Positions 36,060-49,037 are shown, counted from the stretch's first letter. The stretch: DNA of 64,000 nucleotides from Somniosus microcephalus (GCA_052327205.1 CM126208.1:109430001-109494000); one strand, 5' to 3'. Numbers and translations are program-made. Notes: a model not told the origin generated them from the letters alone.

Positions 36060-37205
36060 CTAGAAGTGACGTTCAATAAGCCGCCGATGAGTGGCCCTTG
36101 GACCTTGTGCCTCCCTCCTGGGCTGGTACTCCTCATCCTCCTCCTCCTCATGCTCCTCCTGCTCCTCCTCCTGAGGTGGTGGTCCAACGTGAGGTGGCAG
36201 TGCCTGAGTCCTGCGGATAGCCAGGTTGTGCAGCATGCAGCAAACGACGACGAATTGGGAGACTCGCTCCTGCGAATATTGGAGGGCTCCCCCGGAGTGA
36301 TCGAGACAGCGGAACCGTTGCTTGAGGACGCCGATTGTTTCTTCTATAATGTTCCTAGTCGCTTGATGGCTCTCATTGTATGCCTCTTCAGCAGGGGTCG
36401 TGGGCGCGCGGAGCGGGGTCATGAGCCAGGTACACAAAGGATAGCCTTTGTCTCCGATAAGCCATCCTCTTGGGTGAGGCTGTGCCTGGAACATGTCAGC
36501 CACAGTTGTCTGTCGCAGGATAAAGGCATCGTGGCTGCTGCCTGGAAAGCGGGCATTGACAGCTAGGATGCGCTGCCTGTGGTCACACACCAGCTGTACG
36601 TTGAGGGAATGGTAGCCCTTCCGGTTGCGGTAATCCTCGGCATGCTCCAGAGGTGCCCGCAAAGCCACATGCGTGCAGTCAATGGCGCCCTGCACCATGG
36701 GGAAGCCTGCTATTCTTGCAAATCCCACTGCACGCTGCTGCTGCTTGTCCAGGGTCATGGGGAAGGAGATGAATTGATGTCTCCTTCTGAAAAAGGCTTC
36801 GGTCACCTGCCGGATGCAGCAATGCATGGCGAACTGGGAGATGTTAGCGATGTCCCCAGCAGCGGATTGGAAGGAGCCGGTGGCATAGAAGTTGAGAGCC
36901 ACCGTCACCTTCACTGCCACCGACAGAGACATCCTGCGCATCAGCTGTGGCTGCAGATCTCTGTGAAGCAGCTGGCAGATGTCTGCAACCACCTCCCTTC
37001 TGAATCGCAGCCTCCTAACACACATCGCGGCAGACATGGTCAGATAGGAGGACTGCTGGCGGTATACCCTGGGTGGGTAAGGCCTCAGTTGGCGACGCCT
37101 GTTGCCCCCTCTGTGTCTAGCCAGGGCTGCCACTCTCTCACAGCGTCTGTAAGCCCTTCTGGCATAAGGCTGAAAGTCAGCGTTGGCACCCAATGCAGCC
37201 CCCAT
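36060..37205 (-). CDS. Harbinger DDE transposase (HARBI1-like), 381 aa, intact
   Basis: Uninterrupted ORF with GAIDCTH, YRNRKGYHSLNVQLVCD, PGSSHDA, GDKGYP, R..IE and CCMLHN motifs. Confidence 0.95.
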   Translation of the reverse strand: MGAALGANADFQPYARRAYRRCERVAALARHRGGNRRRQLRPYPPRVYRQQSSYLTMSAAMCVRRLRFRREVVADICQLLHRDLQPQLMRRMSLSVAVKVTVALNFYATGSFQSAAGDIANISQFAMHCCIRQVTEAFFRRRHQFISFPMTLDKQQQRAVGFARIAGFPMVQGAIDCTHVALRAPLEHAEDYRNRKGYHSLNVQLVCDHRQRILAVNARFPGSSHDAFILRQTTVADMFQAQPHPRGWLIGDKGYPLCTWLMTPLRAPTTPAEEAYNESHQATRNIIEETIGVLKQRFRCLDHSGGALQYSQERVSQFVVVCCMLHNLAIRRTQALPPHVGPPPQEEEQEEHEEEEDEEYQPRREAQGPRATHRRLIERHF

Positions 37206-37874
37206 TATATGCTGGCAAACACTGAGCTCTCAATGAAGGCAAAGATAATTGCTAAGCTCTGGCCTGAGCCAAAAATACCTGTCCTAGTGTTGGTCCAAAC
37301 CAGTAAGCTCTCCTCCTTGGTCTCGCTCCAAAAAACCGTTGCACAAGAGTGAATGCTGCAAAATGGCTGGCCTTTATAGTGCAGGGTAAGTGCCCTTTAA
37401 TTAGCGCTCCCCGCGGCCTGCCTCGGCTGTGTACCGTTCCACTTCACAGTTGTTAGGGCCGCCCGGCGCACAATGGGCCGGCGCGAGTGAAGTTCCGGTT
37501 CGGGGCGCACAAAGGGCGTTGCACGACGAAATGACGTCATGATCTGCGCGCGCAGCAGGGCGCGCGCTAAGACTTTGCGCCGGCGCTAAATGTGTACTGA
37601 AGTTGGGGCAAGGCGCAGATCGCGCTGCGCCCGGGCGCTAAGCGCCTGGCGCTCGAGATCTACTCCTCCTAAGGCGCTAACGGCTGGCGCGCCCAACTGA
37701 ATTTCTAGGCCTTAGTTCCTGCATTTGCCCTTTTTATTACTTTACCTTTTACTCCATACCTTCTGCCCCTTCCTGACACGCTCTGGTTTTTAATTTCTCC
37801 ACTGCTACCTAAGTCTATGACCTTCTCTGTTGTCATTTTTATTATTTGCTCTCTAGGAACCTCCCCCCCACTAG

Positions 37875-38811
37875 TTAGTTTAAAGCCCTCTCTACAGCCC
37901 TAGTTATATGATCCGCCAGGACTCTAGTCCCAGCACTGGCCAAGTGAAGCCCGTCCCAACGGAACAGCTGCCTCCTGCCCCAGTACTGGTGCCAGTGTCC
38001 CAGGAAGCAAAACCCATTTCTCCCACACCAGTCTTTGAGCCACGCATTTAACTCTCTAATTTTATTTGTCCTAGCCAAATTCGCTCATGGCTATTACCCT
38101 TGTGGTTCTGCTTTTTAATTTGGCCCCTAGCTGCTCAAACTCCCTCAGCAGAACCTCCTTCCTTGTCCTATCTATGTCGTTGGTACCAACATGGACCACG
38201 ACAACTGGATCCTCCCCCTCCCACTCCAAGTTTCTCTCCAGTCCAGAGGAGATGTCCTTAACCCTGGCACCGGGCAGGCAACACAGCCTTCGGGACTCTC
38301 GCTCTCGGCTGCAAAGAACTCTATCTATCCCCCTAACGATACTATCCCCTACCACTACAACATTTCTTTTAACTCCCCCCACTTGAATGGCCCCCCGCTC
38401 CACGGTGCTGTGGCCAGGTTGCTCATCCTCCCCGCAGTCCCTGTTCCCATCCTCACAGGGAGTAAGAGCCTCGAACCTGTTGGACAAGTGCAAGGGCTGC
38501 GGCTCCTCCAACACTACCTCCTGGATCCCCGTACCTGCCTCACTTGTAGTCATACCATCCTGACCCTGGCCACGGACTACATCTGAATTAATTAATCTAA
38601 TTGGTGTGAATACCTCGTGATACACAGAGCCCAGGTAACTCTCCCCCTCCCTGATGTGTCTCAGTGTTTGAAGCTCGGTCTCCAGCTCTTCAACACGGAG
38701 CCGGAATTCCTCGAGCAGCCAACACTTACTGCAAATGTGATCACTGTGAACATCAATGGTGTCCACCAGCTCCCACATATTGCAGCAGCAACACATCACC
38801 TGATCTCCCAT
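37875..38811 (-). pseudogene. CR1 ORF1 (Cys-rich N-terminus, coiled coil, SGNH/GDSL esterase), frameshifted near 38075
   Basis: CNMWE...CSKC...LRVEELETEL; VGDSIVRG, CLPGARV, HVGTND and WDGLHL esterase blocks. Confidence 0.9.
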
Positions 38812-39034
38812 TCTATGTAATTAATTAAATTTATTAATATTATTCTTAAATACCCTCTGCCGCGATTCTAGATGGTGAATATCAAAGCTTAGAAACTATA
38901 AACCAAAGAGATTTAAGCTTAAAAAGGGAGAAATACTCACCAACCAATCACTTACCTGCTTTCTGGTGACGTCACACTTGGGTTACTTTTTACCTCTCTC
39001 CTTCCCTCCGAGTTCCCAGACTGGAGACTGGAGA

Positions 39035-39447
39035 GCCTTACCTGGTCTCTGGGACTTTTATAGCCCCGCTCTGCCGCTGAGTTCCCGCCGACGCACTGAC
39101 GCCTTACCTGGTCTCTGGGACTTTTATAGCCCCGCTCTGCCGCTGAGTTCCCGCCGACGCACTGACGCCTTACCTGGTCTCTGGGACTTTTATAGCCCCG
39201 CTGCTGCCGCTGAAACACCCGCCGACGCACTGAGGCCTTACCTGGTCTCTGGGGCTTTTATAGCCCCGCTGCTGCCGCTGAGTTCCCGCCGACGCACTGA
39301 GGCCTTACCTGGTCTCTGGGACTTTTATAGCCCCGCTGCTGCCGCTGAAACACCCGCCGACGCACTGAGGCCTTACCTGGTCTCTGGGACTTTTATAGCC
39401 CCGCTGCTGCCGCTGAAACACCCGCCAATGCACTGAAGCCTTACCTC
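39035..39447 (-). repeat. Tandem 66-68-bp monomers (x6) in the CR1 5' UTR
   Basis: Element-sense unit ...GCGGGGCTATAAAAGTCCCAGAGACCAG|GTAAGGC; two unit variants. Confidence 0.92.
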
Positions 39448-41079
39448 AATGGTGAGGTAAGGAGGGTATGAGGAGAGGAGGGTATGAGGAGGGCAGGGTG
39501 AGATGGAGAAAGGGGAGGAGCGAGAGAGGCAAAGAGGAAGGAAGGAGAGAGAAAGATGAGGAGAGGGGAATAGGGAAAGAGAAGCAGAGGAGAAAGAGGG
39601 AAAATGGGGAAGGAATGGCTGGAGGGGGGAGAAGAAAGGAGAGTGGAGGGGAGGAGAAATGGAGGGGATGAGAAGAGGAGAAGGGAATGCAAAGGAGGAA
39701 AAAGAAATCTAGGTCAAGGACAGGAATGTGGATTGGGATTTAGTGGCAAACTGTCTGAGCTGAAGGTGGGGGGTGCGCCTGGTGGGAAACAACCTCTGGG
39801 GAATATCCCGGGCAACAAAAGAGCTCAGCAGGGAGAAGCCAGGTGACAAGATGCTTTGGGGGACAGATGTCAACCAGAAAATTGCCATGGAGGAAGAGAA
39901 GAACGGAAAAGATCCTGAATGAGGAGTGGATGGTGCTGGGGGGTTTGTACCATGTAGAGTAACACCTGTACTGCAAAGGTAACGGTGTCAGTGGAATATT
40001 CTTAACCATTCCTAATTGTTACCGTCCTTTATATTTCCTATTCCTATCATTCGCTTGTCTGATTTCTTGCTCTTCCTGCCATTGTCCTGTGTTACTTTCA
40101 AAATCTGGCTAGTTTATCATCCATGGAATTGCTCATACACAAAATGGACAGGTTTTGTAATAGCAGATCTGATATAAATTAATTCAAGCAAACAAAAATT
40201 CCAATGTTAATTGAAGTTAAGAACTCATAGATTTATAATGTATTTAATAAATCGATATTTAAATATGGGGAGGCATTTCTTAACTATTATTAAAGAAATG
40301 TAATAAGCAATTTAATTATTAAATGTAATCATTAATTTAATTATGAAATTGAGTGATTTATATTAATGAATTAATTATTTTAATAAATTATTACATTTAG
40401 TAAGTCATTTAATTATAAAATAGAATGAGTAGCTTAGTTATAAAATGGAATGAATTCCTTCCCCCTGCCCTGCCTCCCCTGACATCATGGGCCATGTTTG
40501 GGGTTGATGACTGTTTTGCCCCAGTCAGGCACCGACAGAAACTCACAGCCGAGTCTGAGACCTAGGGTACCTGAGACCCGATTTCCATGATGCTATGCTG
40601 CACTCCTGACCAACTTATGTCAAGACTCACCACAGGCCCTGTGGAAATTCATGGTGTTGTTATCTAAGATAACCAATGAAGAATAGCCCCTTGTGCGGGT
40701 ACAGAAGGGCAAGTATTGCCAATAGAAGATGGAAACTGAGCTGAGCAAGGAGCTATCCCCTTTCGGAGAAGGGGAGGGAGAGAACTGTCAGAAAAAGAAG
40801 AGATAAAAGAAAGAAAAAGAGGTGACATTTAAAATAATTAATCCTAGATTACAAAGGACTCATAGGTTGTGGCTCTCTATTTCTTCTCATCCTCCTCAAC
40901 CTGTCTGTCAACATTGACAGTATTGACCACTCTATGTTCTTCCAATTGTAGGAACACCATCACCTACAAATTTCCCTCCAAGTCACACACCATCCTGACT
41001 TGGACACTGGAATTCCATCGTTATTGTTAGGTCAATATACTGGAATTCCTCAACTAACTTCATGGGAACACCACAGAAT

Positions 41080-42665
41080 GATAGAAAGTTACAGCATGGA
41101 AGGAGGCCATTTCAGCCCATCGTGTCCACGCCAGCCAACAAAGAGCTATCCAGTCTAATCCCACTTCCCAGCTCTTGGTCCATAGCCCTGCAGGTTAGAA
41201 CATCTCAAGTGCACATCCAAGTACTTTTTAAATGTGGTTAGGGTTCCTGCCTCTATCACTATTTCAGGTAGTGAGTTCCAGACCCCCACAATCCTCTGGG
41301 TGAAGAAATTTCCCCTCAAATCCCCTCGGAACCTTCCACCAATTACTTTAAATCTGTACCCCCTGGTTTTTGACCCCTCTGCTAAGGGAAATAGGTCCTT
41401 TCTATCCACTTTATCTATGCCCCTCATAATTTTAGACACCTCCCCTCAGCCTCCTCTGTTCCAAGGAAAACAGACCCAGCCTATCCAGTCTTTCCTCATA
41501 GCTAAGATTCTCTACTCCTGGCAACATCCTTGTAAATCTCCCCTGTACCCTCTCTAGTGCAATCACATCTTTCCTGTAATGTGGTGACCAGAACTGCACG
41601 CAGTACTCTAGCTGAGGCCTAACTAGTGTTTTGTACAGTTGAAGCATAACCCCCCTGCTCTTGTATTCTATGCCACAGCTAATAAAGGCAAGCATTCCGT
41701 ATGCCTTCTTAACCACCTTATCTACCTGGCTTGCTACCTTCAGGGATCTGTGGACATGCACTCCAAGGTCCCTTTGTTCCTCTACACTACTCAGTGTCCT
41801 ACCATTTAATGTATATGCCCTTTCCTTGTTAGCCCTCCCTAAATGCATTACCTCACACTTCTCCGGATTGAATTCCATTTGCCACTGTTCTGCCCACCTG
41901 ACTAATTTATTGATATCTTCCTGCAGTCTACAGCTTCCTTCTTCAGTATCAATCACACAGCCGATTTTAGTATCATCTGCAAACTTCTTAATCATACCCC
42001 CTATATTCAAGTCTAGATCATTGATATATACCACAAAAAGCAAGGGACCTAGTACTGAGCCCTGCAGAACCCCACTGGAAACAGCCTTCCAGTCACAAAA
42101 ACACCCATCAACCAATACCCTCTGCTTCCTGTCTCCGAGCCAGTTTTGAATCCAACTTGACACTTTGCCCTGGATCCCATGGGCTTTTAACTTCGTGACC
42201 AGTCTGCCATGTGGAACCTTATCAAAAGCCTTGCTAAAGTCCATATACACTACATCAAATGCACTACCCCCATCTACCCTCCTTGTTACCTCCTCACAAA
42301 ATTCAATCAAGTTTGTCAGACATGACCTTCCCTTAACAAATCCGTGCTGACTATCCTTGATTAATCCGTGTCTTTCTAAATGAAGATTTATCCTGTCCTT
42401 CAGAATTCTTTCCAATAATTTTCCCACCACCGAGTTTAGGCTGACTGGCCTGTAATTACTCGGTCTATCCTTTTCTCCCTTTTTAAACAAGGGTACCACA
42501 TTAGCAGTCCTCCAGTCCTCTGGCACCATACCTGAAGCCAGAGAGGATTGAAAAATGATGGTCAGGGCCACTGCTACTTCCTCTTTTGCTTTGCTTAACA
42601 GCCTGGGATACATTTCATCTGGGCCTGGGGATTTATCCACTTTTAAAGCTGCTAAACCCCTTAAT
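41080..42665 (-). mobile_element. 5'-truncated CR1 LINE (RT region)
   Basis: ORF 41432-42712 with KSPGPD, MDFSKAFD, QGSVLGP and KFADD; CR1 3' end near 41080. Confidence 0.93.
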
Positions 42666-43417
42666 ACTTCATCTCCACAAGGACTGTAGAGTTCAAGAAG
42701 CAGGCCCACCACTACCTTCTCAAGGCGCTAGAAATGGGCAATACATGTGGCTTGGCCATCATCAACCACATCCTAAGAACAAATTTTTAAAAAGGTATTG
42801 GAAGGAGGGTTCTGGAGTTTGGGAGCAGTGGTCATGGGATGTGGAAGCACTGGGAAAAATGGTGATGACGTTTGACAGCACTGAGACTAGGGTCTGGCAG
42901 GGATGATAATGAGATGATGGGGTATGGCAGCGCTGGGGGGGTGGGGGGTGGGGTACCCTAGGGTGTGGTAGAAGTGTGAGACAAGCCCAGGGTTTCGGAG
43001 CATAGGGAGGGATATGGTGGTGTGTGGGACCATTAGGGAGGACGTTACTAGGTGTGTGTGTCCTGGGAGAAGAGTTTCAGGATGCCACTGGTGATAGCAT
43101 TTTTCTCAGGGCATATCAGCAGTGGAAATACATGGATGTTTGATGTGAGGATGGAAGCAATGAGAGCTGTCAGAAGAGAGTAGTGGGGGGAGAAGATGTG
43201 GATACTCAGTTGGGAGAGTTGAGTTTCAGGAGGAGTGGATTTCTGAAAATGTTTCCTGAGCCGTAAGTTAAGGAAACCTGCATTATTTAATTTTTTCTGT
43301 GCATTTTAAATGAGTAGCTGTACTGATTTTAAAAGTTTTAAAGGTTTTGGAAGCCAGTTCCCAGTAATGGCCAGGACTGCAGCGACAGTGGGAGAATTGT
43401 TGGGGAGGTGGCAGCTG

Positions 43418-45171
43418 GAGACCAACTAAATACATATTTTGGTTCTGTCTTCACAAAGGAGGACACAAATAACCTCCCAGAAATACCGCAGAACATAGGG
43501 TCTGATGAAAGGGTGGAACTGAAAGAAATCAGTATTTGTAAGGAAATGGTGCTAGGAAAATTGATGGGACTGAAGGTCGATAAATCCCCAGGGCCTGATA
43601 ATCTACACGCTAGGGTACTTAAGGAAGTGGCCCTAGAAATAGTAGATGCATTGCTGGTCATCTTCCAGAACTCGATAGACTCTGGAACAGTACCCATGGA
43701 TTGGAGGGTAGCTAATGTTACCCCACTATTCAAAAAAGGTGGCAGAGAAAAAGCGGGGAATTATAGACCAGTAAGCCTGACATCGGTAGTGGGGAAAATG
43801 CTAGAGTCCATTATAAAAGATGTAATAGCAGAGCACTTGGAAAGCAGTGACAGGATCGGACAAAGTCAACATGGATTTACAAAAGGTAAATCATGCTTGA
43901 CTAATCTACTGGATTTTTTTGAGGATGTAACTGGTAAAATAGGAAAGGGAGAACCAGTGGATGTGGTGTATTTGGACTTTCAGAAGGCTTTCGATAAGGT
44001 CCCGCATAAGAGATTAGCATGCAAAATTAAGGCACATGGGATTGGGGGCAAGGTATTGACTTGGATAGAGAACTGGTTGGCGAACAGAAAGCAAAGAGTT
44101 GGAATAAACGGGTCATTTTCCGAGTGGCAGGCAGTGACTAGTGGGGTACCGCAAGGATCGGTCCTAGGACCCCAGCTGTTCACAATATATAATAATGATC
44201 TAGGCGAGGGAATTGGATGTAATATCTCCAAATTTGCAGACGACACAAAGCTGGGTGGGAGGGTATGCTGTGAGGAGGATGTCGTGAAACTCCAGTACGA
44301 TTTGGACAGTTTAGGTGATTGGGCAGAAACATGGCAAGTGCACTATAATGTGGATAAATGTGAGGTTATCCACTTTGGTGGCAAAAACAGGAAGGCAGAT
44401 TATTATTTGAATGGCAATAGATTGGGAGAAGGGGAAGTGCAAAGAGACCTGGGTGTTCTTGTGCACCAGTCGCTGAAGGTAAGCATGCAGGTGCAGCAGG
44501 CGGTTAAGAAGGCAAGTGGTATGTTGGCCTTCGTAGCAAGAGGGTTCGAGTACAAGAACAAGGATGTCTTGCTGCAGTTGTACAGGGCCTTGGTGAGACC
44601 GCACCTTGAGTATTGTGTGCAGTTTTGGTCACCTTACCTGAGGAAGGACGCTCTTGCCATGGAGGGAGTTCAGCGAAGATTCACCAGGCTGATACCTGGG
44701 ATGGCAGGAATGACGTACGAGGAGAGATTGTGTCAATTGGGCTTATACTCACTGGAGTTTAGAAGATTGAGAGGAGATCTCATCGAAACCTATAAAGTTC
44801 TGTCAGGTCTGGACAGACTAGATGCAGAAAGGATGTTCTGATGGCCGGTGAGTCCAGAACCAGGGGTCATTGTCTAAGGATAAGGGGTAAGCCATTTAGG
44901 ACTGAAATGAGGAGGAATTTCTTCACCCAGAGAGTGGTGAACCTGTGGAATTCTCTGCCACAGAGGGCGGTGGAGGCCAGTTCATTAAATATATTCAAGA
45001 AAGAGTTGGATATATTTCTTGAGGCTAAAGGGATCAAGGGATATGGGGAGAAGGCAGGGACAGGGTACTGAATTTGGATGATCAGCCATGATCTCATTGA
45101 ATGGCGGAGCAGGCTCGAAGGGCCGAATGGCCTACTCCTGCTTCTATCTTCTATGTTTCTATGTTTCTATG
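43418..45171 (+). mobile_element. 5'-truncated CR1 LINE, young
   Basis: 477-aa RT ORF; 3' stem-loop and (TTCTATGT)n tail. Confidence 0.95.
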
Positions 45172-47380
45172 GAGAGAGGCAGGCCTAGAAATTGGATATG
45201 GCCTGAAAACGGGCGGTGTCATGCCCCAGCACTATTTGGATATGCCTGTTCAGAATGGTCCAGGCAGCAGGCAAAATTCATGCTGAATGCTCATTTACAC
45301 GACTGTAGTGCTGATCTCAGCACTAAACACGTTGCTGATTGGCTTACCGCTCAATGGGTGGGTCAATATCAAGTGATGTCTAAAGGCCAGTAATGTTTGA
45401 CCTAGTCTTCTCCACTATTTAAAAGGGGCGGTGCTTTGATGCGGCAGCGCCTCATTGTCATTGGAGTTGGAACTGGAATTGGAATTGCAGTTGTTGTGTG
45501 AACACAAGGCTGAGCACCAGCAAAGAGAACGAGCCAGAAGGTTTTCCGATGCGGCTGTAGAGGCTGTGTTGAGGAGTTGGGAGACACAAAACTTAGGTGT
45601 TATAACACTGTCACTGGCTGGGAGGTGCAACTGCAGGTTGATGTCTTTACATAGGCAATTTCCATTATAAATGTGGACTTAGAAATTTATAGTAGGAAAA
45701 GTTGGCAGGAAGTGTGTGTAGTGGTAAGACATTTTTAATATATTATGGATTTTTTTTTAAGTATATATAAAATAGAACAGCTCTCCTGTTAATCACAGTT
45801 AGTCTGGGGTCTGGAGAATGGTTGTGATGCTTAACCGCTATCCTGCCCTGTCCTTGTGGAAATCTAGGTAATTATCGCTGCTTGTAATTGCAGCTGGTTA
45901 TAGCTGAGGTCAATTGGAGGTCAGTAATTTACTTGTAATTTTAGGCTCCAGGTCAATGGCTGGCTTTCTTTTTTAAAGATTTTTTTGCAACTGTAACAAT
46001 GTATGACACTTTGGAGTGTAATGTTTGGTGTGTAACATCTGGAGTGTGATGGACTCAAGCTAGCTCCAAGACATAAATAGATGAAAGTCCTTGCTGAAAT
46101 GCTCTGCAGCCCCAAAAGACAAAACTCTTCTATTTGTAATAAAAGCCCTATTTTCAAGGCTGTTTTATCCATTGTGACACATCATGTTAAGCCTCTGTTA
46201 GTAAACCTGTCTTGTCAAGAATAACAGATTAACTCTTATTACTGCAACTACACTGTCATAGTATTACAGATTATTTAATAATTAAACGTCCTATCAGAAT
46301 TGATCCAAGTGTCAGTGAAGTTTACTGATTTGGAACTGATCCTTTAAATACCAAATAACATTTTATTTATGCAAGTTTATTGATCCGAAGCGTTTCATTC
46401 CTAATGCTACAGTTATTCTGCAGCAAGTGTACCAACATCAGTAGGTCAATGGAGGCTGTCTAGTAGTATTATAAAATGCAGGAAGTCAGAATTCCATACA
46501 TTTATATGCAAAAACAAACACATGAACACAGTGCTGCTTGCACGCTTCTGACTGCAGCTGCTGTTTTCTTCAGTGACTACCAACTGCAGGCAGAGCAATA
46601 TATTTCAGTCCTTTAAAAACTGAATAGTACTGTGGTTTGCAAGTTTCTTTTGGAAAACTTTATCTGAATGTTATCTTTGTGATATGCATACACAAATCAG
46701 GCCCTTACAGATTGTAGTACATCCCCTACAGTTACTTGAACATTAATATCACATCTGCAAAATCCTCCCATGCTGTCAATCTAATTGTAACTGGACAAAG
46801 ACTGTCTTCAACACAGTTCCTTAGGTTTTGATGAAATAATTTCTGTTCTATTGCAGGTGTTGTGTTCAGACTGTTTGCAAATATTGAGAAAGCCTCCATT
46901 TTATTTCAAATTAAACTGTCTCTTCAGAGGATCAACTTAAATTTGAATCACTCTCAGTCTATTTCTGCTAAGTCCCTTTTGTTTTTCTTCTTGTATAGAT
47001 CCCTTCTCTCCACCAACTTATCCCCTGTGACCATCTTAGCTTCTTTGCTTAAGAGTACATTTCCATGGGATGGGCATCAATGTTCCTCCATAATTATTCT
47101 GGCAGGAAGCACACTGGGATATAGGAAAAGACCCATTTCCAGCCCATTTTCCCTCTCAATCCCAGATAATTTGGCTGAAAACTACTAACTCTCCCTTAGG
47201 GGAGTCCACGTCGGTCAGAACTGGGATCTAAACCACAGTCTCCTCGCAGACAGACTAGTTATCGGGAATAAAATGCTTATTTTTGATTTGCAAAATAGCC
47301 TTAAGAAAGCTGAATTATGGTCTATCAACACTTATCAATCAACCATAAGTACAAGAATCCGTACATTATACAGCAATATT

Positions 47381-48319
47381 GGGGGGAATTTTAACCCCCA
47401 CTTCTGGTTCTAACGGAGAAAGGATGGGGACGGGCGACCGATCCACTCACAGGAGGTGGGTCCCTCATTTTAATGAGGCTGCGTGCCTCAGATTTTTTCT
47501 CCATTTTAGGTTTAACCCTGGCCAACTGGGTTTCCCGGGCTTCAGGAAACCTGGCAGCTAAAGTGAGATGAGGACTGCTGCGTGGAAGAGGTAAGTGCCT
47601 TTCCAGCACCGCTTGTGGGCCAGGAGGAGCATGAGTGCTTCCCCTCAGCCCCCCAAGCTAACCTGCTTTCCCCCCGCAATTGGAGCCCCTCATCCATGTG
47701 ATCGGACCCCCCCGCGATCTGATCCCCCCCCCCGAGCCACGTTGTCCACCCAACCTGGCCTATCAGATCCTCCCCACCCCCGGCCCCAAGGTATTCCCAA
47801 TCCCTATTCCTCCCTCCTCTGTGCTCCCCGGCTGCGGCCTCAAATCTCCCCCTGACCTTTCCGATCTCCCCCCGTGTCTTCCAATCTCCCCCTGAATCTT
47901 CTGATCTCCTCACCATCACCAGCCCCCGATTTCCACCCCTCCCACCCCTGACACCAGCCTCCGATCACCCCTCCCCCCACCCCTGACCACCGGCCTCCGA
48001 TCACCACTCCCCCTCACACCAGCCTCCAATCACCCCTGCCCCCCACCCTGGACACCAGCCTTCAAACACCCATCCCTGGCCTTTCCAATCCCTCCACCCC
48101 TTCTCTCCGCTCCCTGGCTGCATCCTGGCACTGAAGGCCTACACGCCTGACAGTTAGCCACCCTCTCAATCTGGCTGTCTGCAGCCGGGAAACAGAGACA
48201 AAAAAATGTTAATCAGGTCCTGCTGTTAAAATTGTCAGGACCTGAGGGAAACACGTTCTTCCAGGTTTCCCGAATGCAAAACAGCCACCCCTCCCCGCCT
48301 CACCATAAATATCGGGGCC
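47381..48319. mobile_element. Harbinger-type MITE
   Basis: GGGGGGAATTTTAACC...TAAATATCGGGGCC with ATT TSD; internal C-rich repeats. Confidence 0.78.
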
Positions 48320-48621
48320 ATTATGTCCAAGGGGGCGTGAAAAATAAAATTGGCAAATCTGCAGAATAAGTGGGGTGCTTTACTGCTTTGTTTTCTGTCT
48401 CATTACAAAATTGCTGGTTATATTTCCAAAGAAACAAGAAAACTATCGGTACTAATATGTGCAAGACTTCACAGGTATGATTTCAAAAAGTAAGTACATG
48501 ATGATGGTAGCAGGATTTCATGGGAAGATTATCACTTCTACTGATCGGTAAATAACTCCATTACATGAATTACACTAAACCACAACACCTGAGAAGTTAG
48601 ATCAGATAAAAGTTGTCTTAC

Positions 48622-48892
48622 GTTCTGTTTTCCAACAATATTATCAAATGGAAGTTCAGGACTCCAGGAACCTTCAGTAAATGTTGTGGCGCTATTTCTT
48701 CTGTCACAAGATGTACTGGATTCTTTCATAATGTCTTCAGGCAAAGTCAAAAGGCTTTCTTCTGGTTGCTTTATCAGGTATGTTTCAATATTGTGTTTTC
48801 GCAGAAACTCATTTCTCTCTTTTCCGTGCCCTTCTTCTACCTCATAATCATCATTTAGACAATCCAGTGTTGCCTTAGAAATGTGAATCCTC
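48622..48892 (-). CDS. adcy8: Adenylate cyclase 8 coding exon (exon 7 equivalent)
   Basis: 271 nt, AG/GT; [40 protein letters not shown]...[20 protein letters not shown], an ADCY8-specific C1b sequence. Confidence 0.97.
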
Positions 48893-49037
48893 CTGCAAAC
48901 CAGCAGATGAAAGAAAACACATTCAGATCCCACCAAGAAACCATCCCTCCCAGAAACCTTAATAACAAGAACATTTGTTGTAAATTTATTATTATTAGAA
49001 GAAGAAATTGCTTATGGCTTGTATAAATGATATTTAC

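Larger units (their letters stand above)
33040..37711. mobile_element. PIF/Harbinger DNA transposon, apparently intact autonomous copy
   Basis: Perfect 14-bp TIRs GGCCTAGAAATTCA/TGAATTTCTAGGCC; TTA target duplication at 33037-39 and 37712-14; convergent transposase and Myb/SANT genes; inserted in a CR1 LINE. Confidence 0.96.
29973..39447 (-). mobile_element. Full-length CR1 LINE, interrupted by the Harbinger at 33040-37711
   Basis: (TTCTTATG)n 3' tail at 29973-30000; RT, APE endonuclease, esterase ORF1 and tandem 5' UTR monomers in order; sits within a purine-rich simple repeat. Confidence 0.95.

Noticed and set aside
36060-37205. Domesticated host gene HARBI1
   Set aside because: Flanked by TIRs and TSD, intronless, and present in two related copies, so it is a transposon gene
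36066-37352. Long + strand ORFs antisense to the transposase (also 18578-19409)
   Set aside because: Shadow frames of GC-rich coding sequence
38952-39436. Repeat-containing ORFs, or an array with spacers
   Set aside because: CR1 5' UTR monomers; only two recurring variants and no unique spacers
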